Shown one piece after another: positions 1 to 11,000 of a stretch of DNA of 64,000 nt. The stretch spans positions 1 to 64,000 of the IMG/VR virus record IMGVR_UViG_3300045131_002298; one strand, 5' to 3'. The position numbers were made by a program, and so were the translations under genes. Positions within the stretch are counted from its first letter, which is position 1, and each line of letters begins with the position of its first letter. Below the pieces are notes generated by a model, which was not told the DNA's origin, searched no databases, and saw only the letters and a list, made by a program, of their open reading frames with translations. This DNA comes from a virus.

Positions 1-436
1 TATCTCCCGTCAAATACCCGGTGGCAGGATGCCCAGAGATAGTTCCAGCAGACAAGCAAAGGCAATGGAAACCACCTATCTTCCTAGAATTATACGCTGT
101 ATAGCCGGAGGGATATGTTGCGTTAGCACTCAATAATAATGTTGGTACAAGCGCAGAAGATTGACAGGCATACACATAGAAATCTTTACCCGCTCTAGCC
201 GCTGCAACAGAGTAATCCGTTCCTGAAACGGTGTCCCAGTGTGCATCGGTATCACAATCCAAGACAGTAGCGTTGCTCAATGCAAATGATTTATTACCCA
301 CGTCTAATTCAATAGCAGAGGGAGAAGCAATTGAAGTTCGATTAGTGCCTGTGTTTGCTGTCCACGCAGTGTTAGCCTCGTACCATGCTTGTGGAAACAA
401 TTGATTTGTAAGTGTTACTAATGGTTTTACAGCCAT
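1..436 (-). CDS. Mtd-like (major tropism determinant) tail adhesin, N-terminal part; runs off the window edge
   Basis: Not in the ORF track; translated by hand from ATG at 436: MAVKPLVTL...GTDYSVAAARAGKDFYVYAC...SANATYPSGYTAYNSRKIGGFHCLC...GHPATGYLTGD, a signature of BPP-1 Mtd-like proteins. Confidence 0.75.
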   Translation of the reverse strand, partial: MAVKPLVTLTNQLFPQAWYEANTAWTANTGTNRTSIASPSAIELDVGNKSFALSNATVLDCDTDAHWDTVSGTDYSVAAARAGKDFYVYACQSSALVPTLLLSANATYPSGYTAYNSRKIGGFHCLCLSAGTISGHPATGYLTGD

Positions 437-448
437 GTATAAATATCC

Positions 449-1555
449 TTATATTGAATGCGCATCCAAACGTGATTCATGATTAGCTAGTAATGCATCT
501 ATTGCAGCAATATGGCCCGCTAAAGTTGCCAATGCTGGAGTATAAGACACGGGGGAATATGATACCTCAAGTGCATCTGCAATAATTTCCACAATAGGGT
601 CGTTAACATTATATCCTAACTGAGGCGCAAAATTAATTTGTGTTGCTGTAATAGAATTACCTATTGATTTAATCCATTCTATGTCAGTTATATCTTCTGT
701 TATTGCTCCATCCGTTCCTAAATATAAGGGTTTTCCTGGTGTAAAGGACCACCCCACATTTGTAATAGACCCTACGCCAATTTGGACTAATCCCGTATTC
801 CCGGAGCTAATATTTGCTAATGCTATTGCTACTACATCATAGGTTAATTCATCCTCATTCGATGCTACATAATATTTACCTAAATCTGCATAATTAGCAT
901 AAAGAAGATCATATTGGGATATCGCCTCACCTGCTGTTATTGAAATAATAAACGACGCGGGGTTCTGAACTACTAGAGAATTGGCATCAAGTGACGCTAT
1001 TCCAGAAGCTTGCGCCTTTGACGCTGGCTCCTCTACCACTTTACTCGAACTGTTTAATGTCGCTAATGTGGAAGCTGCCCCTCCCCAACCAGCAGCCAAC
1101 TTCCCTGAGCCATCTGCTATGGGTATTTTTGAAGCAGTCGGCGTAGCAGTAGCATTGGCTGGATCTTCAACGACCTTAACTGAAGCATTGAGCGTAGCTA
1201 GTGTTGACGCAGATCCGCCCCAACCTGCTGCAAGCTTGCCAGAACCATCGGCTATCGGAATCTTGCTGGCAGTAGGTGTAGCCGTTGCGTCGATTACAAA
1301 ATCTAATGTATTATCAGCATCATCATAACTAACACTGATCATGGTTTCAGTGTTGGAACCTACCATAGAGCCTATAACGTCGCTAATAACTTCAGCTAGC
1401 TCTGTTGAATCAGCAGGAAGATATTGTTTTTTATTGGTGCCATCAAAAACCACCAACTTTTTTGTGTCATTTGTAAATGCAATCTCAAAATCTGCAAGAG
1501 TTGCAGCAAGCACTGCAGCCTCAGTTCCTCTTTTTAATTTTATAGCTACACTCAT
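449..1555 (-). CDS. Tail fibre-related structural protein
   Basis: N-terminal IKLKRGT motif common in fibre proteins; ATATPTASKIPIADGSGKL repeats shared with 4446-8006; C-terminal AGEAISQYD..Y cement-like domain. Confidence 0.7.
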   Translation of the reverse strand: MSVAIKLKRGTEAAVLAATLADFEIAFTNDTKKLVVFDGTNKKQYLPADSTELAEVISDVIGSMVGSNTETMISVSYDDADNTLDFVIDATATPTASKIPIADGSGKLAAGWGGSASTLATLNASVKVVEDPANATATPTASKIPIADGSGKLAAGWGGAASTLATLNSSSKVVEEPASKAQASGIASLDANSLVVQNPASFIISITAGEAISQYDLLYANYADLGKYYVASNEDELTYDVVAIALANISSGNTGLVQIGVGSITNVGWSFTPGKPLYLGTDGAITEDITDIEWIKSIGNSITATQINFAPQLGYNVNDPIVEIIADALEVSYSPVSYTPALATLAGHIAAIDALLANHESRLDAHSI

Positions 1556-1569
1556 ATTATATAACTTTC

Positions 1570-2226
1570 CTATGCCTGTCGTCTTCCACGTAAGGGGGTG
1601 TTTAATGCCTTTTCTTCAGACCATCCACACTTGTTAATCCTGGCAGACAGAGTACCAACGCTAATACCTATCTTTTGTGCTGCTTGTGTTACGGTTACAA
1701 TGTCTCCGCCTAGTGTCATTAGCCTGTTATTTCTTGTATTGTTTACCTGCTCTTGTTTTGCAATCCACAAACAATTCTCGGGCGAGTAGGGACCGTCATT
1801 GTCGACTCTTTCAATTGTGTATTGTTTAGGACAGGAGCCCATATCAATTAAGAAGCTTGAAAAACCATCTTTTCCGAGCCATTTGTCACAGACAGCAATA
1901 CCCCTACCTCCGTAATTTTTATAATCAGAAACAAGGGGGTTTAAACACCTTGCTTTCATGTTACACCAGGAAATATATTCTCTTGACTTACTCTCTCTTC
2001 TACTATTCCCATGTTTAAAATTTCGCTCAAACAACACTTCTTGTTTTAAACAACCACATGATTTTGTACGCCCATTTAATAATTGAGACCCCAGTATAGT
2101 GATATAATTACCACAGGCACATTTACATAACCATAATGACTTGCTGTATTTGTTTGTTCCTACAAATTCTATTACTTCTAGTCTATTACATTGCTGTCCC
2201 ACTAAGTTCAGTCTGTTATAACTCAT
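1570..2226 (-). CDS. HNH homing endonuclease
   Basis: CxCxCG..KSCGC Zn module; YGGRGI..C..W; TIERVDNDGPYSPENC; C-terminal HTH-like region. Confidence 0.9.
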   Translation of the reverse strand: MSYNRLNLVGQQCNRLEVIEFVGTNKYSKSLWLCKCACGNYITILGSQLLNGRTKSCGCLKQEVLFERNFKHGNSRRESKSREYISWCNMKARCLNPLVSDYKNYGGRGIAVCDKWLGKDGFSSFLIDMGSCPKQYTIERVDNDGPYSPENCLWIAKQEQVNNTRNNRLMTLGGDIVTVTQAAQKIGISVGTLSARINKCGWSEEKALNTPLRGRRQA

Positions 2227-2248
2227 TTATACCTCCCAGGTAAGTTAA

Positions 2249-2322
2249 TCTCAGTTTGTTTATTAACGGGCAGACTGCGTCTGAGAGCCACAGCTTTTTG
2301 GATGGCCTATCCTAGCCCGTTA
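2249..2322 (-). ncRNA. c4-like three-way-junction RNA leader upstream of an HNH gene
   Basis: P1 TAACGGGC/GCCCGTTA, P2 GGAT-AGGCC-ATCC, P3 loop TCTCAG complementary to downstream CTGAGA (2249-2254); homologous to 23984-24062. Confidence 0.6.
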
Positions 2323-2332
2323 GTTTCACTTA

Positions 2333-3253
2333 CTAACTAATAAGTCCTCCGTCTATGGACGTTATCTCAAAATCTAATGTGTTGTCATCGTCTTGATAGG
2401 AAACACTTATGTTTGTTTCCGTATTTCCAGAAATCATCGCTCCCACAGCATCCGCTACGGCTTCTCCGAAGTCTGACACTGAAGACGCAGGTATTGTCCC
2501 AAACCCGTAAGTGGTTGCGCCCGTCGCTTTTAAGACATGATTAGTAGTTAGTCCTGTTACCGGATGATTTGTAGTATCTACTAAATTATGATTAACAGGC
2601 GTTCTTGCATCAGAGAGACGAGAATCATTGCCCTGACAGGCAGTGTTTGAGCCTGTGCCATATGTTACTGAACCAGTAATTTTCCCTGTGGTATCATCAT
2701 AACTTAAAGCTAGGCCAGTTTCAGTATTACTCTCAACCATACCTCCAGCAATATCCTGAACCATCTCTGTTCTGTTGGTTACTAAATCAGCATATTCATC
2801 TGAAGATAAATGCTTACAATTGCCATCATTGATACCTGCTAGTGAGTTGTGGTATGTGTTACTAGCCTCGGTTACCCATATGCTGCCATTATAAACATAA
2901 TTAATATTTTCGTCTTCAACTCTACAACAAAAGCCCTCATCTGGACTAATAAAAAGCCAATCGCCTTCTGTATATTCAGCTATATCATATTCATGCCCTG
3001 CCCAATCACCAGTTGCTGGAGTATAGACAATGTATCTGGCACCTTCAGAGGGTAACGCAGGGGGAGCAGTCAAATCTCTATCTAGACAGCTATTTTGCCA
3101 ATCACGCCCTGTGTAAACAGTAGTAAACTCGTCCTGTATTGCCTCAATATTTGTATTAACTTTAATCCAAGCGGAAAAATTTGAATCTTCACTGCCTGGA
3201 GTTACATTAATTAACGTTGGTTCATAAGTCATCTGATATTCCTGCACCTGCAC
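2333..3253 (-). CDS. DUF2793-like tail structural protein (start may be ATG at 3232)
   Basis: APPALPSEGARYIV..ATGDWAGHE.DIA....W.F..P.EG motif; GNDSRLSDARTP fibre repeat. Confidence 0.75.
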   Translation of the reverse strand: MQVQEYQMTYEPTLINVTPGSEDSNFSAWIKVNTNIEAIQDEFTTVYTGRDWQNSCLDRDLTAPPALPSEGARYIVYTPATGDWAGHEYDIAEYTEGDWLFISPDEGFCCRVEDENINYVYNGSIWVTEASNTYHNSLAGINDGNCKHLSSDEYADLVTNRTEMVQDIAGGMVESNTETGLALSYDDTTGKITGSVTYGTGSNTACQGNDSRLSDARTPVNHNLVDTTNHPVTGLTTNHVLKATGATTYGFGTIPASSVSDFGEAVADAVGAMISGNTETNISVSYQDDDNTLDFEITSIDGGLIS

Positions 3254-3284
3254 TTAACGTTGTCAGCTATAATACATCTTTTAG

Positions 3285-3313
3285 AGTATACTACTATAAT
3301 TATTAAGAGTCAA
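3285..3313 (-). promoter_or_regulatory. sigma70-type promoter
   Basis: TTGACT-N17-TATACT. Confidence 0.55.
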
Positions 3314-3362
3314 TAATTATATACATTAGAATATAAAAATCATGTTATACATATATAATTAT

Positions 3363-3536
3363 TTATGTTGCTTGGCTTTGAATTTCTGCACCAATTTGGT
3401 TGATGAAGTCACCTAATGCTAAAATTAAGTTATCAGGGTTAGTCCCTGATATAGGCTTTTCAGTAAACTGTTGCTTTAGATAAAGTAACTGAGTCATCAT
3501 TTGAAATAATGTAGGGTCGCTGTTTTCCCAATTCAT
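3363..3536 (-). CDS. Small hypothetical protein (57 aa)
   Basis: MNWENSDPTLFQMMTQLL...QSQAT*; below the ORF-track cutoff; starts 4 bp after the upstream stop. Confidence 0.55.
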   Translation of the reverse strand: MNWENSDPTLFQMMTQLLYLKQQFTEKPISGTNPDNLILALGDFINQIGAEIQSQAT

Positions 3537-3540
3537 ATTA

Positions 3541-4446
3541 TTAACTCCCTTGTCTTGTAAAAGTAACTGCGCCAGTAGCTGATACGCAGGTAAATATTGG
3601 ATAACTTAAAACACCACCATAAGGCTCAGGGTAATGCGCCATGGCTCCAGGTGGAATATGTATAGCCATTCCGTAATACGTTCCGCTGCTTGCTCCTGAT
3701 GGAGTAATCCCCACATTTGTTAAATTAAAAACACCATTTGTCATATCGTTATGGGTTTTATATACAGAGTATGTTCCTGAACCATCATAAGTACAATATG
3801 GAGACTGATTTGTGCTAGGAGCATTCCAGCTTCCAATTGTGACAGATCCGCTTTGGTTATAGCTATATTCTGGTCCATATCCATAATAATACCAAAGCGT
3901 GCAATATACATTGACAGAGGTAGATCCAGATCTTGTTATGGCCGCAGTCTTACCTGAAGGAACCACAAGCCCAGTCAACGATGCTACGGCGTAAAAACTT
4001 GACGAACAGTCAGTCACATTTGTAGACCACGTTAGAGCATCCTGCCCATAAAAACTAAAGACATTCCAATTACCTGCCATGGTATTCGGAGCAGACAGAC
4101 CAGCATAGCCTACCAATACTTTGTCTGTGGATAAGGTTTGTTGATTTGTATACGTTGTGTCCGGAGCAGATGTGCTAAATTCTAGTTCTCTACCAGTAGT
4201 TAAATAGACGTAGTAAAAGGTTGACATACTTCCCGTAAATGTGGTCGTAAAGCCAGTTGAGGTTATGGTGACTGCTTCTTGTAGGTTAGGAAGGATAACA
4301 TCTATCGAGGCAGCCGTGGACCTTAACTTAACATGGGTAGTATCCTCGTATGTTAAAATTAACTGGCAACCAGTATTATACTGAGCATTTCTTAATGCCT
4401 CAGAATAACCTCCTTGCGGTCTAAATAGAAAAGGGACACTAAACAT
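3541..4446 (-). CDS. Putative receptor-binding protein, paralog of the C-terminus of 8034-12662
   Basis: LTYEDTTHVKL and LVGYAG...AGNWNVFSFYG match LEYLDTTHVRL and LVGYIG...AGTWNVFSLYG; likely start ATG 4446 overlapping the upstream stop. Confidence 0.65.
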   Translation of the reverse strand: MFSVPFLFRPQGGYSEALRNAQYNTGCQLILTYEDTTHVKLRSTAASIDVILPNLQEAVTITSTGFTTTFTGSMSTFYYVYLTTGRELEFSTSAPDTTYTNQQTLSTDKVLVGYAGLSAPNTMAGNWNVFSFYGQDALTWSTNVTDCSSSFYAVASLTGLVVPSGKTAAITRSGSTSVNVYCTLWYYYGYGPEYSYNQSGSVTIGSWNAPSTNQSPYCTYDGSGTYSVYKTHNDMTNGVFNLTNVGITPSGASSGTYYGMAIHIPPGAMAHYPEPYGGVLSYPIFTCVSATGAVTFTRQGS

Positions 4447-7400
4447 TAGCTGAATGCCCTCACTAACTGACAACAAATTGATGTTGAAGTGCGAACGAAA
4501 TAAGAGAGAACATCCACAGAGTTAGCTGCTGTGGATAGCGCCGGAGCAGTTCCATCAGGAAAATCATAATATGTTCCATAAGATAATGTTCTATTTCCTG
4601 TCGCATCTTGAATCAAAAAGATTAAGCCACTCTGTCCCACAGTTTTATTCGTTGGATTTGCTAGAGTCCTGTTATCACCCAATGTCCAAGTGAAGTTATT
4701 CGAAGCTGCAAAGTTTGGAGTAACTGTGCTTGCGTCTGTCAGTGTTGACACGGCACAACTGCTAGACTTCGTTAGAGCTACCGTTTCAAAGGTGTAGGTT
4801 CCGGCAGCGAAGGTTCCAGCTGAGACATCAGAGGCACTATGAGAATGTGTTGTAGGTGTTCTGGGATCTGATAGTCGAGCATCATTTCCAGCACATGCAT
4901 CTGTGGCATTTGTTCCTGTTATGGGAGCGAAAGTTGTAGGTTTACCTGAAACTTGGCTCCATGTTGGAGCCGGGTCAGCCCATCCATAAGTATTAGTTCC
5001 TGTTCCTGTCAAGATCTTGCCTGTTGTAACAGTAGCTGTATGACTCTCTATTGTATGAGACGAGGGTGTCCTTGTATCGGAGAGACGAGAGTCATTTCCT
5101 TGACATGAAGTCCCAGAACTTGTCCCATAAGTAATCCAAGTGTCTAGTTTCCCACTTCCATCTGCTATCGGTATTTTTGAGGCAGTAGCTGTAGCAGTGG
5201 CATTAGCAGGATTCTGAACCACCTTTGAGTTTGAATCTAGCGTTGCTAGTGTGGATGCATTTCCACCCCAACCGGCAGCTAATTTGCCAGACCCATCTGC
5301 AAGGGGTATCTTCGATGCTGTAGGTGTTGCCGTAGCATTTGCTGGATCTTGGACTACCTTGGAACTAGAATCTAAAGAAGCAAGTCCAGAAGCTGCTGCC
5401 TTGGTGCCTATAAAGGTATCTATGTTTGCGTGAGTATTTGAGCCAATATCAGATAAAGCTGTGTGACTCTTAGTGGTTATATCTGCAAGGCTACTGGTAG
5501 TCTTATCTATATCAGCCCAGGCCACGGCCCCAAAACCGTAAGTGGTAGATCCAGTTGCTCTAATTACATGCCCAGACGTTAATCCAGTAACGGGATGTCC
5601 TGTGCCATCTATAAGATTATGTGCTGTAGGTGTCCTTGCGTTTGTAAGCCTGGAATCATTCCCCGCACAAGCATCAGTAGCTCCAGTCCCTGTTATTGGA
5701 GCAAAAGTGCTAGGCTTGCTAGTAACCTGCCCCCACGTAGGCGCAGGATCTTCCCAACCGAATTCTGTGGTTGAAGAGGCAGTTAGTATTTTTCCATCAC
5801 CTGCTCCAGATGTGGTGTGGCTCGCAATTGCATGAGAAGAAGGTGTCCTTGCATCTGACAGCCTAGAATCATTTCCGGCACATGCGTCAGCAGCCCCGGT
5901 CCCCACGATGGGAGCAAAAGTTGTTGGTTTACCAGAAACTTGGCCCCACGTCGGTGCGGGATCAGCCCAAGCAAACGTATTAACTCCAGTGCCTGAGAGA
6001 ACCTTTCCGCTGGTAACAGTTGCTGTATGACCCTCAATTGTATGAGATGACGGTGTTCTGGCGTCAGAAAGTCTACTATCATTCCCCTGGCACGATGTTC
6101 CAGTCCCTGTCCCATAAGTTATCCAACCATCTAGTTTTCCGGAACCGTCGGCTATAGGTATTTTGCTTGCCGTGGGTGTTGCCGTAGCATTTGCGGGATC
6201 TTGAACTACCTTTGAACTACTATCGAGAGAAGCTAACCCCGAGGCCCCTGCTTTTGTCCCTATAAAAGAGTCAATCTGCGAATGTGTATTGGTCCCTTTA
6301 TTGGCTAGGTCAGTGTGATCCAGCGTATACCATGAAGGATTTGCGTTGGCTCCGGCTGTTTTAAGGACTTGGCCCGCCGTCCCATAACCTAGCCTTGAAG
6401 GTGTTCCCACAGTTCCATAATAGAGGATATCTCCCTGAGTCCCATGCTGCATATTATCTAGAGAAATAGCATCGTCGCCAACGGCTCCAGGAGTTACCCA
6501 ATCATCTAGTTTACCATTCTCATCGGCTATAGGAATTCCAGCGGCAATCGGAGTTGTGGTTGCACTCGCTGGATTTTGTAATACCAAAGAACCGGCATTT
6601 AGCGAAGCTACCCCCCATGCGGCCCCCTTAGAAGCCACGAAAGAATCTAACTGAGAATGGGTCGTAGTCCCCTTATTAGATAGATCAGTATGATTTAAGG
6701 TATACCAACTCGGATTAGCTCCGGCCCCACCTGCCTTCAAAACCTGTCCTACTGTGCCTGTGGGTAGCCTGGAAGGTGTTCCAGTGGCACCATAATAAAG
6801 CACATCTCCCTGAGTTCCATGCTCTAACTTAGCTAAAGTTATCGTGTCATCTTCAACAACCACACCACCTGGAGTTATCCAAGCATCAAGCTTTCCATAT
6901 TCATCAGCTATAGGTATCTTGCTTGCTGTTGGTGTTACTGTAGCATTTTCAGGGTCTTGAACAACCTTTAAGTTGGATGTTAACGAAGCCAGCCCGGAAG
7001 CTTGAGCTTTAGAATTAATGAAGGTATCAATAATCGAATGAACATTGGTCCCTTTATTAGCTAAATCAGCATGATCCAAGGGATACCATCCGGGATCTAA
7101 GGCTCCACCGGATTTCAAAACATAACCAGAAGTTCCAGATGCTAGTCTAGCGGGGGCCCCGTCTAGGGTGTAATAGAGAAGGTCTCCCCTTGTTCCGTGC
7201 GACATCTTGGCTAGGCCAATCGTATCATCTTCAATTGTGACTGCACCACCAGGAGTGATCCAGTTGTCTAGCATTCCGTCTTCATCTGCTATAGGGATCT
7301 TTCCCGCAGTTGGGGTTGCCGTTGCGTTCGCCGGGTTTTCAACTACCTTCGAGTTTGCGTCCAAGGATGCCAACCCACTAGCACTAGCTTTAGATGATAT

Positions 7401-8006
7401 GAAACTGTCTATCTGAGCATGGGTATTAGTCCCTTTATTAGCCAAATTAACATGATCATTAACATCCCAGCTTGGATCTGCTCCAGCACCTTTCGTTGTT
7501 AAGACACGGCCAGTCGAACCAGCCGTAAGCCTAGCCGGAACCCCACTAGCACCATAATAAATAATATCACCACGAACTGCGTGTTCCATGTGATCCAAGG
7601 TTATAACGTTGTCCATTACATCAACTACCGTTGGAGCATCAGCAGTTCCCCCGAGGTGATTCGTTAGCTGAATACCACCTATTGTAGATGAACTACCGTC
7701 TGACACCCACGCATCCAAAAGGCCATCGTCATCAGCTATGGGTATTTTTAGTGGAGTAGGTGTTTCTGTGGCGTTAGCTGGGTTTTGGACCACAAGGTAA
7801 TTTCCGTCCAATGAAGCCAAGCCATTGGCTCCAGCTTTTGATCCGATAAATGTATCAATAGTAGAATGAGTATTATTTCCTTTGTGCAATAAATCAACAT
7901 GATCTATTGGAATAGCAAACTCATCCACTATAGCATCAAAGTTTGTATTTAACTTGCTCTCTAATTCAGAATCATCAACTATAATTACTTCTGGCTCAAA
8001 TGCCAT
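4446..8006 (-). CDS. Long repetitive tail fibre protein
   Basis: Repeats of NKGTNTHxQIDSFIxSKA.ASGLASLD...PIAD, HGTQGDxLYY and GNDSRLSDARTP; C-terminal NRTLANPTN...QDATGNRTL domain. Confidence 0.85.
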   Translation of the reverse strand: MAFEPEVIIVDDSELESKLNTNFDAIVDEFAIPIDHVDLLHKGNNTHSTIDTFIGSKAGANGLASLDGNYLVVQNPANATETPTPLKIPIADDDGLLDAWVSDGSSSTIGGIQLTNHLGGTADAPTVVDVMDNVITLDHMEHAVRGDIIYYGASGVPARLTAGSTGRVLTTKGAGADPSWDVNDHVNLANKGTNTHAQIDSFISSKASASGLASLDANSKVVENPANATATPTAGKIPIADEDGMLDNWITPGGAVTIEDDTIGLAKMSHGTRGDLLYYTLDGAPARLASGTSGYVLKSGGALDPGWYPLDHADLANKGTNVHSIIDTFINSKAQASGLASLTSNLKVVQDPENATVTPTASKIPIADEYGKLDAWITPGGVVVEDDTITLAKLEHGTQGDVLYYGATGTPSRLPTGTVGQVLKAGGAGANPSWYTLNHTDLSNKGTTTHSQLDSFVASKGAAWGVASLNAGSLVLQNPASATTTPIAAGIPIADENGKLDDWVTPGAVGDDAISLDNMQHGTQGDILYYGTVGTPSRLGYGTAGQVLKTAGANANPSWYTLDHTDLANKGTNTHSQIDSFIGTKAGASGLASLDSSSKVVQDPANATATPTASKIPIADGSGKLDGWITYGTGTGTSCQGNDSRLSDARTPSSHTIEGHTATVTSGKVLSGTGVNTFAWADPAPTWGQVSGKPTTFAPIVGTGAADACAGNDSRLSDARTPSSHAIASHTTSGAGDGKILTASSTTEFGWEDPAPTWGQVTSKPSTFAPITGTGATDACAGNDSRLTNARTPTAHNLIDGTGHPVTGLTSGHVIRATGSTTYGFGAVAWADIDKTTSSLADITTKSHTALSDIGSNTHANIDTFIGTKAAASGLASLDSSSKVVQDPANATATPTASKIPLADGSGKLAAGWGGNASTLATLDSNSKVVQNPANATATATASKIPIADGSGKLDTWITYGTSSGTSCQGNDSRLSDTRTPSSHTIESHTATVTTGKILTGTGTNTYGWADPAPTWSQVSGKPTTFAPITGTNATDACAGNDARLSDPRTPTTHSHSASDVSAGTFAAGTYTFETVALTKSSSCAVSTLTDASTVTPNFAASNNFTWTLGDNRTLANPTNKTVGQSGLIFLIQDATGNRTLSYGTYYDFPDGTAPALSTAANSVDVLSYFVRTSTSICCQLVRAFS

Positions 8007-8033
8007 ATTAGTTATCTCCCCTAATTATATTTT

Positions 8034-11000
8034 CTACCAATCGCTGGCTGGTCTTGAAAGCATCATTTGTCCTGTACAAGTCCATGCGGTGTCATGCCAT
8101 CTATTGTTACCATAATTACCAGTATTAACTGCTGTATAATTATGATCCAAAGTAAGAGCTATATCCCCCACAGAACTTAATGTTCCGCTATGCGTTAAAG
8201 TTATAGACATGTTACAGTATGCAGTCAGTGTTTCCCAGTGTTGCTGATTCCATATATATACCGACCCACCAGGGCCTGTAACATAATATCCAGACCCATT
8301 CTCATCACTATCATACCACTCTACCTTTACTCCATTATAAGACCCTAAGGCAAAGTATACTGTGCTTAGTCCTGTAGACCACCATACACCTACGCCTCCT
8401 CCGTCCATATACCAAGCTACTGCTCCAAACCACGAGCTTCCTCCGGTCCTTGAATATGTATAATTTTTTGTAGGTCCGGTAACAGCCCCATACCAAGTAT
8501 TGGTGATATCGGCACCATTTGTGGGAATGTTAATTCCCCACTGTTTAGCCGTCTCTCCATACAGGCTAAATACATTCCATGTTCCAGCTATTTCATCAGT
8601 GTCTGAACACCCAATATATCCCACCAAAATCTTTGTGCTACCTTCTCCTCTAGTTATCATCTTAGCATAAGTTGTAACCGGAGCATCTGTAGACATAGTG
8701 ATATCTGTAGCAGATAACCATACATAGTAAAACGTGCCAGCACTTCCGCTAATTGTCATATCAAGCCCAGAATTTGGCAGTGTTCTGTTAGAGAGGTCTG
8801 GAAAGATTATATTAGGTGAATCTACTGTAGGGACAAGTCGCACATGGGTTGTATCAAGATACTCTAGGCGAACAGGAATGCCGGTCTGCTTTTGTTGGTC
8901 AAATGTTCCTGACGCCGCAATCATTGTTCTTAGGTTATTCAGTTCACTTTGTATTCTATTGCTACTCCAAGTAGTATTTGTGGCAACATTAGCATCCTCA
9001 ATCACTCCAGTAATGACGCCAATTCCGTCTCTTAAGTAAGTTCCAGAGAAGTCACCGCCATTAACTTTTCTTACTGAAATATTATCAACAGACACCGTAA
9101 ACCCCTGAGAAGGGACGAGTTCTATAAGAGAACCAGATCCAGCCACAAGGTTAGCCACAACGCTACCAGCTAAACTCTGTGAACTGCCGAGGGTATCTGC
9201 TAGTCTCGGAGCCACACTACCAGACGTGCATTCTACGAGAGAATACGAAACCTGATAGCAATCTCCTTCAGTGAGAGATATTGATTGCGATAGAGAGGCC
9301 GTTCCCGCAGTATGGACCATATATTTATTGTCAGAATCATATTCCCATCCAGTTCCTATTGTCCAATTTGCGTCTGTAGTAAAATCACCGTTAGTTACTA
9401 ATTCTGTTCCGAGAGCCACAGGAGTTAATTGAAGAGTGGCTACCCACCTTGCATTATTTCCAGGCCAGTTTTGTGAAATATATCCATTTACCTGGGGGGT
9501 GGTTGATACAAAAAGCTGACCAGCATAAGAACCCCAAAAGTCCTGCGAATTAGCCATATATACATACAAAAGCTGTCCAACAAGTGTTGAGACTTCTGGA
9601 CCGTCACTTAACGGAGACAGAAGGTTATCCTCATCATATATTTGCGAGGTATCATGGATATTAACCTTATGGACTAATTCTCTATTAGCTAATATTGGGT
9701 CCAGTGGATCATAGGTTAAGATACCCTCACCACCTACCATCAGTATTCCAGATGTCCCCTTCTTCTTTATCACCTTAAATTCATATATTGTATCTGGATA
9801 TATTGCTACTTCTGCTAACCCATCAAGGTGGGTAGCGTTCAGTGTGGTTTGTCTAATTGCCGATATCCCTGCCGAATAAATAAACTTACCATTAGCATCG
9901 GTTCTAACTTGTCCTATGTGCCTTGCCCAATAACCATAGTAAGATTCAGCTAACCTTCCATTATCGGGAGGTGTCTCTGACAGGAATAACCATAAGCGTA
10001 AGTCTTTATCGGCATTATATTCGTCATCCCCCGGCTGAAGAGGTCTTCCATCCTGTCCTTCAGGGTTACCATTATAAATATCAACATCCCCGCCTATGTA
10101 TACATAGTATAATGTGGACGGCAGAATGTTGGTATAAACGAAGCGCAAGGTTCCGTCAGGGTTTAGTTCAAGTCTAGTTGAGGTGGTTGTAACTTCTCTA
10201 CTCTGGCCTATATAGTATAAGCTTTCAGGTATGTATATCTGTCCATAACAACCATAATTTAGTTGTAATGTTAACGTGTCTTCACTTGTGAAGACCAGAT
10301 CAAAGTCGGAAAATTCTCTATAAACTTCTTTTAGATCTGATGTTCGAGATATTAGAGAAGCTGTAAGAATATTAACAAATTTAGCTTCATTATTAGTATC
10401 TATGGTCCCGACTAATACTGCATTACGACCAAGCCCCACATCACCTAAATAGTTATTCGACGGGGCAGTGTTTGAGCAGAACAGCCTCCCCCTATAATCA
10501 TAATCTCGCAACATAAATCCGCTGGATCTATCAGCCAGATAAACATAGTATGGGGACTGAACACGATCCGCCTGTAAAGTAGTTGTTGAAAGTGTCTGGG
10601 TAGATTCAGTCCAATCTAGGACCGGAGTAAATGAAAATACGCTGGTTTTTTTCGAGGCAGCTATATTTTGCTCATTAACTTTTAGGTAATCATACTCACC
10701 ATAATTAGGTCTTAGGCTCAGTTCATCTTCAGATACAAACGTAAGGATTAATTCTGTAGTAAAGCCTCTTATAAACCCGTCATAAGTAGTGCGGAACTGA
10801 CTTATATCAAAACCAATACCCTCGACAGCTACGGCTGCATTGGCTCCAGAAATGGCATTTATGATTGTAACTTTTGTATTCTGAACAGTTGTAAGGAGAC
10901 TGGTTATTGCTGCTCTATTTTCAGGAGTAATGGCTCTGGGGTATGGTGGGTTATCTACCCAACTCTCTAGGCCCTCTACTAATGCCTCCACGGCATTGCT

